From Candidatus Woesearchaeota archaeon (GTDB lineage Archaea; Nanobdellota; Nanobdellia; Woesearchaeales; DSVV01), in assembly GCA_018657385.1 (NCBI GenBank), contig JABHXF010000023.1:1297-65296 (forward strand): DNA of 64,000 nt, in the 5' to 3' direction. Position 1 is the stretch's first letter, and each line of letters opens with the position of its first letter. The notes below the pieces were generated by a model, which did no database searches, had not been told where the DNA came from, and saw nothing but the letters and a program-made list of their open reading frames with translations. Of this stretch, positions 39,852 to 49,141 are shown piece by piece. The position numbers and the translations under genes are program-made.

Positions 39852-41534
39852 TTATTTTGGACTAACTTCTATTTTAAGTTCAATTATATCTATACTAGTT
39901 ATATCTGGTTCAATCTTAACAGCATTACTACCTGGTTCTACAAAGCCACTAATGTCTTTACTATACTTATTTTTGTAAGTATTAACATAAAACTTATGTC
40001 CATTAACATAAACATGTGCTGCCTTTTTTTCACTGTCGTCTATAAATCTCATTACTAATTCTGCTTTAAAATCATTTCTCAATGCTTTAATATCTAATTC
40101 ATTGTCAGAATTACATTTATAAGAGCTTCCAGTTTTTGTTTTATAATTACTTGGGCAATCATCACATTGTGAGGTTGTTAACGAATGTTTACAAACATCA
40201 CTTATGCCATATATAGGTACATCATTACACCAATAATTGTCTTCACTTTCATCAAAACAGCAGTCTTCATCATAATATTTGCTACATCCTTCTGGGCAAA
40301 TATTATCTTTGTCATCGCCACATAAACCTTCACATGCTTCAGCTGCATCATTTGATTTGTCTTCATAACCTGTTACACATCTATTACATATGTCTGTGGT
40401 TACAACTGCAACACATCTGTCTCCATCTTCATTTGGAACAACATCACACCAATACATATTTCCAGTTTCAAAACAACAATCTCTATCAAGGTCTTCATCA
40501 CAATTAGCAGGACAGATACCATCCACTTCTCCACATGATTCTTCTTTATCTTCCTCTTCTCCAACAAACAATCTATTATCAATTTCAAAATAATATAGTG
40601 GGTATGTCTGTTTTTCTAGTTCAGTATCTACCTTTATTTGGAATATTGAATAATATCCTTTATCTGTTTTAAATGTAATAAAATTAGTTCCAGCAGATAT
40701 CATATCTGTTGATAAATCAACTCTGTTAAGTTGTGTGCAATCTGGGATTCCAGAATAAATATTTTGATTGTTAATATAAACTCTTAATTTACCAACAGAT
40801 GTTGGATCACAATCTGGGAAAAATCGTAAGCTTGCTTTTTCAAGATTAAACTTTTCAGTATCAGTCACAATAAATGACATTTTACTTGCTTGTTCACTTA
40901 CATCTGTTATGTCTCCTGTAATTTGTACATTATCTAATAAATATTCATTTGTTGTCCAAAATCTCCAACCAACTGGGCTTACTTCTAATGAAATTATATT
41001 AACTGGTTGTAGTGATGTTTTATCAATATTTATTACAGGGAAAGGGTTTGCCATACCTTCATATATCATATTCCCATTCAAAGATACTCTTAACATACCT
41101 TGTCCTTTTTTTGTTGTTGCAGACAATAAAACATTATCTATATATTCAACATCTTGTATCTTAAATGTAACATTTCTTGTAAGAACATCAAATACTCCAT
41201 TTTTTACATATAATGATTCTTCTTGTGTTAATACACTTGCACTTGTTGTTGTGTATAAATTAACAGACGGTAAAGGATGTTCATATGAATTAAATTTTAA
41301 GTAATCAATTCTTCCTGGTGAAGTTGATAATGATGTTTTATTAATTGTAAATGGTGCGCCATCATATGAATTACTATTTCCTGATCCACTAGAACTTGTA
41401 GGAGAATCTCCTAATAAATTTGCTCTTTCATGTGGTGGAAGTAATAATAAGTATAAAACAATAAAAACTGCTATTAATGCAATTAATCCTGCTGCACCTG
41501 CAGCACTTTGAGCTTTTTTTCTAGATATCAACAA
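39852..41534 (-). CDS. Pilin-like surface protein (class III signal peptide) with Cys-rich duplicated insert
   Basis: TTG start after GAGGTGA; RKKA|QSAAGAAGLIALIAVFIVLYLLLLPP; beta-sandwich repeats (LRVSLNG, LRVYINN, VYVNG). Confidence 0.7.
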   Translation of the reverse strand: MLISRKKAQSAAGAAGLIALIAVFIVLYLLLLPPHERANLLGDSPTSSSGSGNSNSYDGAPFTINKTSLSTSPGRIDYLKFNSYEHPLPSVNLYTTTSASVLTQEESLYVKNGVFDVLTRNVTFKIQDVEYIDNVLLSATTKKGQGMLRVSLNGNMIYEGMANPFPVINIDKTSLQPVNIISLEVSPVGWRFWTTNEYLLDNVQITGDITDVSEQASKMSFIVTDTEKFNLEKASLRFFPDCDPTSVGKLRVYINNQNIYSGIPDCTQLNRVDLSTDMISAGTNFITFKTDKGYYSIFQIKVDTELEKQTYPLYYFEIDNRLFVGEEEDKEESCGEVDGICPANCDEDLDRDCCFETGNMYWCDVVPNEDGDRCVAVVTTDICNRCVTGYEDKSNDAAEACEGLCGDDKDNICPEGCSKYYDEDCCFDESEDNYWCNDVPIYGISDVCKHSLTTSQCDDCPSNYKTKTGSSYKCNSDNELDIKALRNDFKAELVMRFIDDSEKKAAHVYVNGHKFYVNTYKNKYSKDISGFVEPGSNAVKIEPDITSIDIIELKIEVSPK

Positions 41535-41680
41535 AAATCACCTCATTATTATAATATTATGGAATACACAATTATACATATATAAACATAGTACTAAATT
41601 AAGTGATATATATATTTTTGCCAAATTATTAGTAAATTATATGTAAATATTAATGGATTAGATGAAGAATTAAATAAAAA

Positions 41681-41843
41681 CGGGCCTGGAGGGAATGTCG
41701 ATACTTTGCATACTAATTTTTTGCAAAACATATTCGAACCCACGGTCTACGGCTGCCTTCATATGCATTGCATATTAGAAGGCCGTCGCATTATTTGTCT
41801 TATTTCAGATTAATCCAAAATAACCAGACTATGCTACAGGCCC
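41681..41843 (-). tRNA. tRNA-Arg(TCT) with three introns (19/20, 37/38, 59/60); CCA not encoded
   Basis: Removing 41823-41795, 41775-41755 and 41732-41695 gives GGGCCTG TA GCAT AGTCTGGATA ATGC G ACGGC CTTCTAA GCCGT AGACC GTGGG TTCGAAT CCCTC CAGGCCC G (75-nt cloverleaf); TATA box at ~41870-41877. Confidence 0.93.
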
Positions 41844-41908
41844 ATTCAGTCATTAGATTACAGCAGTGCTTTATAAAGTTTATTACCATAATTTTTTATT
41901 ATTATTTA

Positions 41909-42094
41909 TTATTTTCTTAATTTTTCAAGTTTTAGAGAGAATCCACATTGTCCACAGTTCATTTCTAGAAAACATTCAACCATCCATAGCTCAATATCAT
42001 TTATTAGTCCACATGCATTGCATTTGACCTCAAAGTACTCTTCTGCCTTCCCATTTTCGATTCCATAAGGCAGTTTTTGCACAATTTCAACCAT
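41909..42094 (-). CDS. Small zinc-ribbon protein (61 aa)
   Basis: CNAC...CGQCG; GGTG upstream. Confidence 0.55.
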   Translation of the reverse strand: MVEIVQKLPYGIENGKAEEYFEVKCNACGLINDIELWMVECFLEMNCGQCGFSLKLEKLRK

Positions 42095-42380
42095 TTAGGT
42101 AACACCATTTATTTACTATTAACATTATCTACTATTATTTGTTGTATTTTGGTTATTAATTATTAAAATTATTCACTATTTGGGTTTTTTATAATTTAGA
42201 TATGTGTGGTGCAATTTGATGTAATTATTGGTATTTGAATCTAGTATGCATTTAAGTTTGAATATGATCTTTTGAACAATGTAGTAATATATTAATGTTT
42301 GTATACCAAAATAGTCTAATTTGTCTTATTTTTGTAATATGTGCACAATATCTTATTTTTATCTGTTGAAAACAATAACC

Positions 42381-42614
42381 TTTATAAGTAACCTGGGTCT
42401 TTTACCCAACACTACGTAAACATCAAATGAGCATTTGAAAACGAAGAAATAAACGTAAATGCTCTTAATAAACAATATTACGGCCTGAAAAAGCGTTTTT
42501 AGCTTTAAAGAGCACAATTGTGCCTTCAATTCTAAAAAAACGCAACCAATAGGCAATTTTTGCTATTGAAGGATAATAAGGCCTAGATATAAGAATAATC
42601 ATTGGATATTAAAA
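42381..42614 (+). promoter_or_regulatory. Promoter and ~200-nt structured 5' leader of the L3 r-protein operon
   Basis: TTTATAA at 42381-42387; several 5-8 bp complementary segments between 42429 and 42583. Confidence 0.55.
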
Positions 42615-43601
42615 ATGCCTAAAGCACATAAATCAAGATCAGGAAGTATGCAATATTGGCCTAGAAAAAGGGCTAAACGAAGTTATGCTAGGGTTAGGGC
42701 TTGGGCAGATATTAAAGATGCATTGCCTCTGGGTTTTGCTGGTTATAAGGCAGGAATGACACATATCATAGTTGCTGATAATAGAAAAAACTCAAAATCT
42801 AAAGGAGGGGATATGTCAATTCCAGTAACAGTTATTGAATGTCCACCTATCAAAATTTTTTCTGCTTTATTTTATAAATATGATGTTAACAAATGGCTTC
42901 TAAAAAAAGAAATTTCATTCAAAGCAGATAAAGAACTTGCAAGAAAATTAAAGTTACCTAAGGATAATAAGGCATCATTAGATAATATTAAATTAGAAGA
43001 TTATGATGATGTAAGAATTAAAGTATATACTCAACCTAAACTAACAGGTATTGGGAAAAAAAAGCCAGAAGTATTTGAAATTTGCTTAGGTGGTAATAAA
43101 GAAGATAAAATTGAATATATTAAACAAAATATTGGTAAGGAAATAAGAATTTCTGATGTTTTCAAACCTGGCAATGTTCTTGATTTTCATACAATTACAA
43201 CAGGAAAAGGTTATCAAGGTCCAGTTAAAAGATTTGGTATTGGTTTAACAAGTCATAAATCCGAAAAAGTTAGAAGGGGACCTGGAAGTTTAGGTAGTTG
43301 GTGTGGTCAAGGGCATATGATGTATAGAGTTTCACATGCTGGTCAAATGGGTTATCACACAAGAACAGATTATAATAAATGGTTATTAAATGTTTCAGAC
43401 AAACCAGAAGAAGTAAATCCTAAAGGTGGGTTTATTAGATATGGTTTAGTGAAGAATGATTATATTTTAATTAAGGGATCAGTTGGTGGTCCTAAGAAAA
43501 GATTAGTTAGGTTTAATTATACTATTAGGGGAAGTAAAAAAATACCAAAGGAAGCTCCTTCAATAGAACATATTAGTCAAGAATCTCAACAAGGTAACTA
43601 A
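42615..43601 (+). CDS. rpl3: 50S ribosomal protein L3
   Basis: RSGSMQYWPRKRA, FAGYKAGMTH, GKGYQGPVKRFG, AGQMGYHTRT. Confidence 0.98.
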   Translation: MPKAHKSRSGSMQYWPRKRAKRSYARVRAWADIKDALPLGFAGYKAGMTHIIVADNRKNSKSKGGDMSIPVTVIECPPIKIFSALFYKYDVNKWLLKKEISFKADKELARKLKLPKDNKASLDNIKLEDYDDVRIKVYTQPKLTGIGKKKPEVFEICLGGNKEDKIEYIKQNIGKEIRISDVFKPGNVLDFHTITTGKGYQGPVKRFGIGLTSHKSEKVRRGPGSLGSWCGQGHMMYRVSHAGQMGYHTRTDYNKWLLNVSDKPEEVNPKGGFIRYGLVKNDYILIKGSVGGPKKRLVRFNYTIRGSKKIPKEAPSIEHISQESQQGN

Positions 43602-43603
43602 AG

Positions 43604-44410
43604 ATGGATTTAGCAATTTATAACTTAACAAAAACAGAAACAAACAGGAAAAAAGTTCCTGAACAGTTTTCAGAATTAATTAGGCCTGACATTATTAAAA
43701 AAGCTGTTTTTGCTATAAGAAGTCATAAACGTCAACCTTATGGTGCTAGTCCTGAAGCTGGTAAACGTCATTCAACAAATATTAGCAGAAGAAGAAACAA
43801 TTATAAAACAAGTTATGGTCATGGAATCTCAAGAGTTCCTAGAAAAATATTATCTCATAGGGGAGAAAGATTTAATTGGGTTGGTGCATTTGCTCCAGGA
43901 ACAGTTGGTGGTAGGAGAGCACATCCTCCAAAAGCAGATAAAATATGGGATGAAAAAATTAACAAAAAAGAAAGAAGAAAAGCAATAAGAAGTGCTTTAG
44001 CTGCAACTTTAGTTCCTCAATTAGTTGAAGAAAGAGGTCATAAAATTCCTAAAGAATATCCTTTTTTTATAGAAAACAAATTTGAAAGTCTTGATAAAAC
44101 ATCAGATGTTAAAAAAACCTTAGAAAAATTGGGTTTTGAAGATGAATTAAAAAGATCTTCTGTTAAAAAAATTAGGGCAGGCAAGGGTAAAATGAGGGGA
44201 AGAAAATATAAAAAGAGAAAAGGGCCTTTGTTAGTGGTATCTGAAGATTGTAAATTATTAAAGTCAGCATCAAATATACCTGGTGTTGATGTTGTTGTGA
44301 TTAATAAAGTAAATGCTGAATTGTTAGCACCTGGAACACAGGCAGGAAGATTAACACTGTTTACTGAAGCAGCAATTGATAAAATAGAGAAAGAAAATTT
44401 ATTTATGTGA
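43604..44410 (+). CDS. rpl4: 50S ribosomal protein L4
   Basis: RPDII, GGRRAHPPK, RAGKGKMRGR, LAPGTQAGRLT. Confidence 0.98.
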   Translation: MDLAIYNLTKTETNRKKVPEQFSELIRPDIIKKAVFAIRSHKRQPYGASPEAGKRHSTNISRRRNNYKTSYGHGISRVPRKILSHRGERFNWVGAFAPGTVGGRRAHPPKADKIWDEKINKKERRKAIRSALAATLVPQLVEERGHKIPKEYPFFIENKFESLDKTSDVKKTLEKLGFEDELKRSSVKKIRAGKGKMRGRKYKKRKGPLLVVSEDCKLLKSASNIPGVDVVVINKVNAELLAPGTQAGRLTLFTEAAIDKIEKENLFM

Positions 44411-44415
44411 TAATC

Positions 44416-44676
44416 ATGGAAGCCTATACAATACTAAAACATCCGTTGTCAACAGAAAAAGCAATTAGGATGATGGAAGCTGAAAACAAACTCGTGTTTA
44501 TGGTAGAAAGAAAAGCAACTAAAATATTATTATTAAAAGCATTTGAACAAATGTTTAAAATCAAACCAATAAAAGTTAATACTTTGATTACACCAAAAGG
44601 TAAGAAAAAGGCAATTTTTAGATTACCTCTTGATCAACCAGCTATTGACATCGCAACACAATTAGGTATCATGTAA
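44416..44676 (+). CDS. rpl23: 50S ribosomal protein L23
   Basis: PLSTEKA, ENKLVF, KVNTLITPKGKKKA. Confidence 0.97.
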   Translation: MEAYTILKHPLSTEKAIRMMEAENKLVFMVERKATKILLLKAFEQMFKIKPIKVNTLITPKGKKKAIFRLPLDQPAIDIATQLGIM

Positions 44677-44732
44677 TTAAAGTGATTATAATTAAAAAAA
44701 CATTATAAAAATTTAATAATAAGGAATACAAA

Positions 44733-45452
44733 ATGGGAAAAAGAATCATTGCACAAAGACGTGGAAAAGGAAGCACAACTTATAGGGGTCACTCTTTTAA
44801 ATTTAAAGGTACTGCAAAACATCCTCGTTTGGGTAATGAACCTCAGTTAATTAAAGGGAAGATCATTGATTTAATTCATTGTCCAGCTCATAGTGCACCA
44901 TTAGCTAAAGTTAAATATGAAAATGGAGATACTTCCTTAATGATTGCTCCTGAAAATATTTGTGTTGATCAAACAATTGAAGTATTAGGTAAAAATGTTG
45001 AAGTAGGTAACATATTACAATTAAAAGAAATTCCTGAAGGTACATTAATTTATAATATTGAAGCAGTTCCTGGAGATGGTGGTAAATTTGTAAGAAGTTC
45101 AGGTACATTTGCAAGAGTTATGACTCATTTAAATAATAAAACAACTTTAATATTACCTTCAAAGAAACAAAAAGTATTCAATTCAAAATGTATGGCATCT
45201 ATTGGTGTTGTTGCAGGTGGAGGAAGACCTGAAAAACCATTCCTAAAAGCAGGAACAAGATTCCATAAAATGAAAGCTAAAAACAGACTTTATCCAAAAG
45301 TAAGTGGTGGTTCAATGAATGCTGTTGACCATCCATTCGGTAATAAAAGAAGTTCAAGAAAATCCACTGCAAGAGTTGCTCCAAGAAATGCCCCTCCAGG
45401 TAGGAAGGTTGGTATGGTTAGAGCAAAGAGAACAGGTAGGAGAAAACGTTAA
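44733..45452 (+). CDS. rpl2: 50S ribosomal protein L2
   Basis: MGKRIIAQRRGKG, PGDGGKFVRSSG, MNAVDHPFG. Confidence 0.98.
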   Translation: MGKRIIAQRRGKGSTTYRGHSFKFKGTAKHPRLGNEPQLIKGKIIDLIHCPAHSAPLAKVKYENGDTSLMIAPENICVDQTIEVLGKNVEVGNILQLKEIPEGTLIYNIEAVPGDGGKFVRSSGTFARVMTHLNNKTTLILPSKKQKVFNSKCMASIGVVAGGGRPEKPFLKAGTRFHKMKAKNRLYPKVSGGSMNAVDHPFGNKRSSRKSTARVAPRNAPPGRKVGMVRAKRTGRRKR

Positions 45453-45464
45453 AGGTGTAATGAA

Positions 45465-45851
45465 ATGGCTGCAATTCGAGAATTCAAGTTTAGAGGAAAA
45501 TCAGTAGAAGAAATCAAACAATTAGATATAAAAGAGTTTGCAAAACTACTTCCTACTAGACAAAGAAGATCATTATCACGTGGATTTACAGATGCACAAA
45601 AAAGATTTTTAGCAAAACTTGATAAAAGCAAGAAAAATGTTAAAACTCATTGTCGTGCTATTGTTATAATTCCTCAAATGTTGGATAAAACAATTTTACT
45701 TTATAGTGGAAAACAGTTTGTTCCAATAATAATTGTACCTGAAATGTTAGGTCATTGTCTTGGTGAATTTGTTTTATCAAGAAACAGAGTTAGCCATAGC
45801 GCACCTGGTGTTGGAGCAACACGATCAAGTGCTGGTGTTTCAGTAAGGTAG
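45465..45851 (+). CDS. rps19: 30S ribosomal protein S19
   Basis: FKFRGK, RQRRSLSRG, KTHCR, EMLGHCLGEF, GVGATRSS. Confidence 0.97.
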   Translation: MAAIREFKFRGKSVEEIKQLDIKEFAKLLPTRQRRSLSRGFTDAQKRFLAKLDKSKKNVKTHCRAIVIIPQMLDKTILLYSGKQFVPIIIVPEMLGHCLGEFVLSRNRVSHSAPGVGATRSSAGVSVR

Positions 45852-45915
45852 ATTAAATAATAAAATTCAAAAATAATAATAATCAAATAAATTAAACAAA
45901 ATAAAACAAATAAAA

Positions 45916-46656
45916 ATGACATACAAATACGCATTCGAAGGTTACAACAAGGAGCTTATGTCTAGAGCTGTAGGTAATTCATTAGGTATATCTACAAAAC
46001 AAAGCATAGAAATCTGTAATTTTGTTAGACGTAAACCTGTTGTAAGAGCTAAAAAAATATTAGAAAATGTCATTAATGAAAAAGAAGCTATTCCATTCAA
46101 AAGATTTAATAGTGACGTTGGTCACAAACCAGGGATTGGACCTGGAAGATATCCAAAAAAAGCAAGTGAAGCAATATTATCACTTATTAAGGCTGCTGAA
46201 GCAAATGCTCAGTTTAAGGGACTTAATACAAGTAATATGGTTATTAAACATATTTGTGCACATAAAGCCTCTACTCCATGGCATCATGGAAGGCAAAGAG
46301 GAGTTAAGATGAAAAAAACACATGTTGAAATTGTTTTAGAAGAAACAAAAAAACAAGATCCTAAATCAGAATCAAAGAAAACAAAACCAAAAAAAGTAGA
46401 AGTTAAAGAAACAGAAGAAACACAAAAAGTATCACAATCAAAAGTAGAAAAATCAAAAATAGAAACAATAGAGAAACCAAAAGTAGTTAAGGAAGAACCT
46501 AAAACTGAAGTAAATGCTCCTAAAAAAGAATCAACTGTTGAAGAATCTAAAAAAGAAGAAGTTAAGGTAGAACCTAAAACTGAAGCAGTGACCCCTAAAG
46601 AAGAAACACCTGTTGAAGAATCTAAAAAAGAAGCACAAGAGGATAAACAAAAATGA
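45916..46656 (+). CDS. rpl22: 50S ribosomal protein L22 with ~100-aa K/E-rich tail
   Basis: ISTKQSIEIC, IPFKRFN, GRYPKKA, THVEIVL. Confidence 0.96.
   Translation: MTYKYAFEGYNKELMSRAVGNSLGISTKQSIEICNFVRRKPVVRAKKILENVINEKEAIPFKRFNSDVGHKPGIGPGRYPKKASEAILSLIKAAEANAQFKGLNTSNMVIKHICAHKASTPWHHGRQRGVKMKKTHVEIVLEETKKQDPKSESKKTKPKKVEVKETEETQKVSQSKVEKSKIETIEKPKVVKEEPKTEVNAPKKESTVEESKKEEVKVEPKTEAVTPKEETPVEESKKEAQEDKQK
46486..46635 (+). repeat. Two 75-bp tandem repeats in the L22 tail
   Basis: VKEEPKTEVNAPKKESTVEESKKEE / VKVEPKTEAVTPKEETPVEESKKEA, starting at 46486 and 46561. Confidence 0.85.
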
Positions 46657-47501
46657 TCCTACGAAAAGTTGTTGATCAAAAACTCAAAGAATTTGAGATT
46701 GGAGAATTTATTCAAGGCAGTTTAAAGAGAGTTGGACTTAGTCATATTAAATTACAAATGACGCCATTGGGTGAAAAAATAATTATTTATGCATCACGTC
46801 CAGGATTAATTGTTGGTAGAAAAGGACAGAATATTAGAAAATTAACAAGCACATTAAAGAAAAGATTTGGGTTAGAAAATCCACAAATTGAGATTAACGA
46901 AATTGAAAATTTAAATTTAAATGCTAATATTGTTGCAGAAAGAATTGCAAATTCACTTGAAAAGTTTGGTCCAGTAAGATTCAAAGCAATTGGTCACAAA
47001 GCATTGGAATCTGTTATGCAATCTGGTGCATTAGGTGTGGAAATATTAATTACTGGTAAAATACCTAGTAGCAGAGCTAAAAGATGGAGATTTTATCAAG
47101 GTTATTTGAAAAAATGTGGAGATATTGCACTAACTGGTGTAAACACAGCTTATACATCTGCACAAATTAAGAGTGGTACTGTTGGTATTCAAGTAAGAAT
47201 CATGCCACCTGATACTGTTTTACCTGATAAAATTGTTATAAGATCAGAATTATCAGAGGTTGCAGAAATTAAAAATACAGAAAAAGAATCAACACAAGAA
47301 AAAGATTCAGAAAAAGAAAAGAAACCAAAAACAAAGAAACCAAAAAAATCTGTAACAAAAAAATCTACTAAAAAATCCTCAAAAAAGGAAGGGAAAGAAG
47401 AAAAGGAAGTAACTGGGGAAATTAAAGAAAAATCTGATGCTAAACAAGAAAAGTCAGAAGAAAAAGTAAAAGACAAAATAAAAGAAGAAAATAAAAAATA
47501 A
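46653..47501 (+). CDS. rps3: 30S ribosomal protein S3 with K/E-rich tail
   Basis: TPLGEKI, RPGLIVGRKG, GALGVEILITGK, GYLKKCG. Confidence 0.97.
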   Translation: MILRKVVDQKLKEFEIGEFIQGSLKRVGLSHIKLQMTPLGEKIIIYASRPGLIVGRKGQNIRKLTSTLKKRFGLENPQIEINEIENLNLNANIVAERIANSLEKFGPVRFKAIGHKALESVMQSGALGVEILITGKIPSSRAKRWRFYQGYLKKCGDIALTGVNTAYTSAQIKSGTVGIQVRIMPPDTVLPDKIVIRSELSEVAEIKNTEKESTQEKDSEKEKKPKTKKPKKSVTKKSTKKSSKKEGKEEKEVTGEIKEKSDAKQEKSEEKVKDKIKEENKK

Positions 47502-47513
47502 AAACTAATAAAA

Positions 47514-47729
47514 ATGAAATACAAAGAGCTTAAAATAATGAGTAAAGAAGATCTTAACTCTAAATTGTTAGAATTAAGAAAGGAATTAATGAAACAAAAT
47601 ACTCAGAGGGCTACAGGAACTCAATTAAAAAATCCATTAATAATCAAAACAATCAGAAAAGATGTTGCAAGGATTTTATCTTTGCTTGAATCAGAAAAAA
47701 CAAAAAAAGGTGAAAAAAAGCATGAGTGA
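47514..47729 (+). CDS. rpl29: 50S ribosomal protein L29
   Basis: ELKIMS..DL..KLLELRKEL, NPLIIKTIRKDVARIL. Confidence 0.95.
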   Translation: MKYKELKIMSKEDLNSKLLELRKELMKQNTQRATGTQLKNPLIIKTIRKDVARILSLLESEKTKKGEKKHE

Positions 47730-48030
47730 AATTTGTTCAACATGCGGTCTTCCAGAAGATTTGTGTGTATGTGAATCAATTGCAAAAGAACAACAAAAAA
47801 TCCAAGTATCTTCCATTAAGAAAAAGTTTGGGAAAATATATACTGTGATTAAAGGAATTGATCCAAAACAAATTGATATCAAAGACTTAACAAAAAAATT
47901 AAAATCAATCTTTGCTTGTGGTGGAACATATAAGGACGAGAAAATTGAACTGCAAGGGAATCACAAACAACATGTTAGGGAAGCATTGGTAAAAATGGAC
48001 TTTGCTCCAGAAACAATTGAAATCAAATAA
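47722..48030 (+). CDS. sui1: Translation initiation factor aIF-1 (SUI1)
   Basis: MSEICSTCGLPEDLCVCE, LKSIFACGGT, IELQGNH; ATG 47722 follows GGTGA. Confidence 0.95.
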   Translation: MSEICSTCGLPEDLCVCESIAKEQQKIQVSSIKKKFGKIYTVIKGIDPKQIDIKDLTKKLKSIFACGGTYKDEKIELQGNHKQHVREALVKMDFAPETIEIK

Positions 48031-48302
48031 TGCTGATCATGACTACGACAAAAGATCTACTAAGGTCTGAATGGATTGGATTGAATGTTAAAATAATCAA
48101 ATCAACAAACAAAACTTTGGATGGTATTGAAGGCAAAGTTGTTGACGAGACAAAACATGCATTCATACTCCAAAATATGAATACAAAAAAAAGAGTGTTG
48201 AAGAGTCATTGTTTTTTCCAAGTAACTTTGGACAACAAACAATTTGTTGTTGAAGGTAAAATGCTTGAGAAAAGACCAGAAGATAGAATAAAAACAAAAT
48301 AA
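48030..48302 (+). CDS. rnp1: Ribonuclease P protein subunit Rpp29/Pop4
   Basis: EWIGLNVKI, GIEGKVVDET, RPEDRIK; conserved operon position. Confidence 0.92.
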   Translation: MLIMTTTKDLLRSEWIGLNVKIIKSTNKTLDGIEGKVVDETKHAFILQNMNTKKRVLKSHCFFQVTLDNKQFVVEGKMLEKRPEDRIKTK

Positions 48303-48351
48303 AAACAAATAATCATTAAAAAACATTTGAAAAAATCACATGGTGAAGTTC

Positions 48352-48678
48352 ATGAAAAAATCAAAAAATATTGGGTTGGGAATACCAACACCAAAAGAAA
48401 GTTGTGAAGATCAAAAATGTCCGTTCCACGGCGACATTTTAGTTAGAGGTCGATCTTTTGTAGGCATTGTTTCAAAAATTTCATTTCAAAAAAATGCATT
48501 AGTTGAATGGGAAAGAAGAAGATATGTTCCAAAATATGAAAGATATGAAAAAAGAAAATCTAAATTATGGGCTCATAATCCTTTATGCCTTGATGTTAAG
48601 GTAGGGGATAATGTTAAAATAATGGAAACAAAAAAAATAAGTAAAACAAAGAACTTTGTTATTGTTCAAAAACTATGA
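48352..48678 (+). CDS. rps17: 30S ribosomal protein S17
   Basis: CEDQKCPFHG, RGRSFVG, YVPKYERYEKR, ISKTKNFV. Confidence 0.97.
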   Translation: MKKSKNIGLGIPTPKESCEDQKCPFHGDILVRGRSFVGIVSKISFQKNALVEWERRRYVPKYERYEKRKSKLWAHNPLCLDVKVGDNVKIMETKKISKTKNFVIVQKL

Positions 48679-48687
48679 GGAATTAAT

Positions 48688-49089
48688 ATGTTAGCAGTAA
48701 ACGCAAAAATAACTAGACCATTACCACATGGCGCAATATTAGAAGTATGCGACAATAGTGGTGCCAAAATCGTTAAATTAATTTCAGTTAAAAAAATTAA
48801 AACTAAGAAAGGCAGAATTCCTGCAGGCGGTGTTGGAGATCTTATTATGGCGAGTGTTCAAAAAGGTAAGCCAGACATGAGAAAGAAAATGGTTCTAGCA
48901 GTTATAGTTAGACAAAAAAAGGAATATAAAAGACCAAATGGTTTAAGAGTTAAATTTGAAGATAATGCTGCTGTAGTATTAAAGGATGATAAAGGAAATC
49001 CTCAAGGTACAATTTTTAAAGGTCCAATTGCTAAAGAGGCATGCGAAAGATGGCCTGGAATTGCAAAGGTTGCAAATATTATTGTATAA
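48688..49089 (+). CDS. rpl14: 50S ribosomal protein L14
   Basis: CDNSGAK, AVIVRQKKEYKRPNG, FEDNAAV. Confidence 0.97.
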   Translation: MLAVNAKITRPLPHGAILEVCDNSGAKIVKLISVKKIKTKKGRIPAGGVGDLIMASVQKGKPDMRKKMVLAVIVRQKKEYKRPNGLRVKFEDNAAVVLKDDKGNPQGTIFKGPIAKEACERWPGIAKVANIIV

Positions 49090-49141
49090 TCATAATCAAC
49101 AATTAAAATAAAGAACAAAAAATAATCAAGGAAAAAACAAA

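Noticed and set aside
42359..42556. 65-aa minus-strand ORF upstream of rpl3
   Set aside because: Overlaps the rpl3 promoter and leader, has no canonical start context and no motifs
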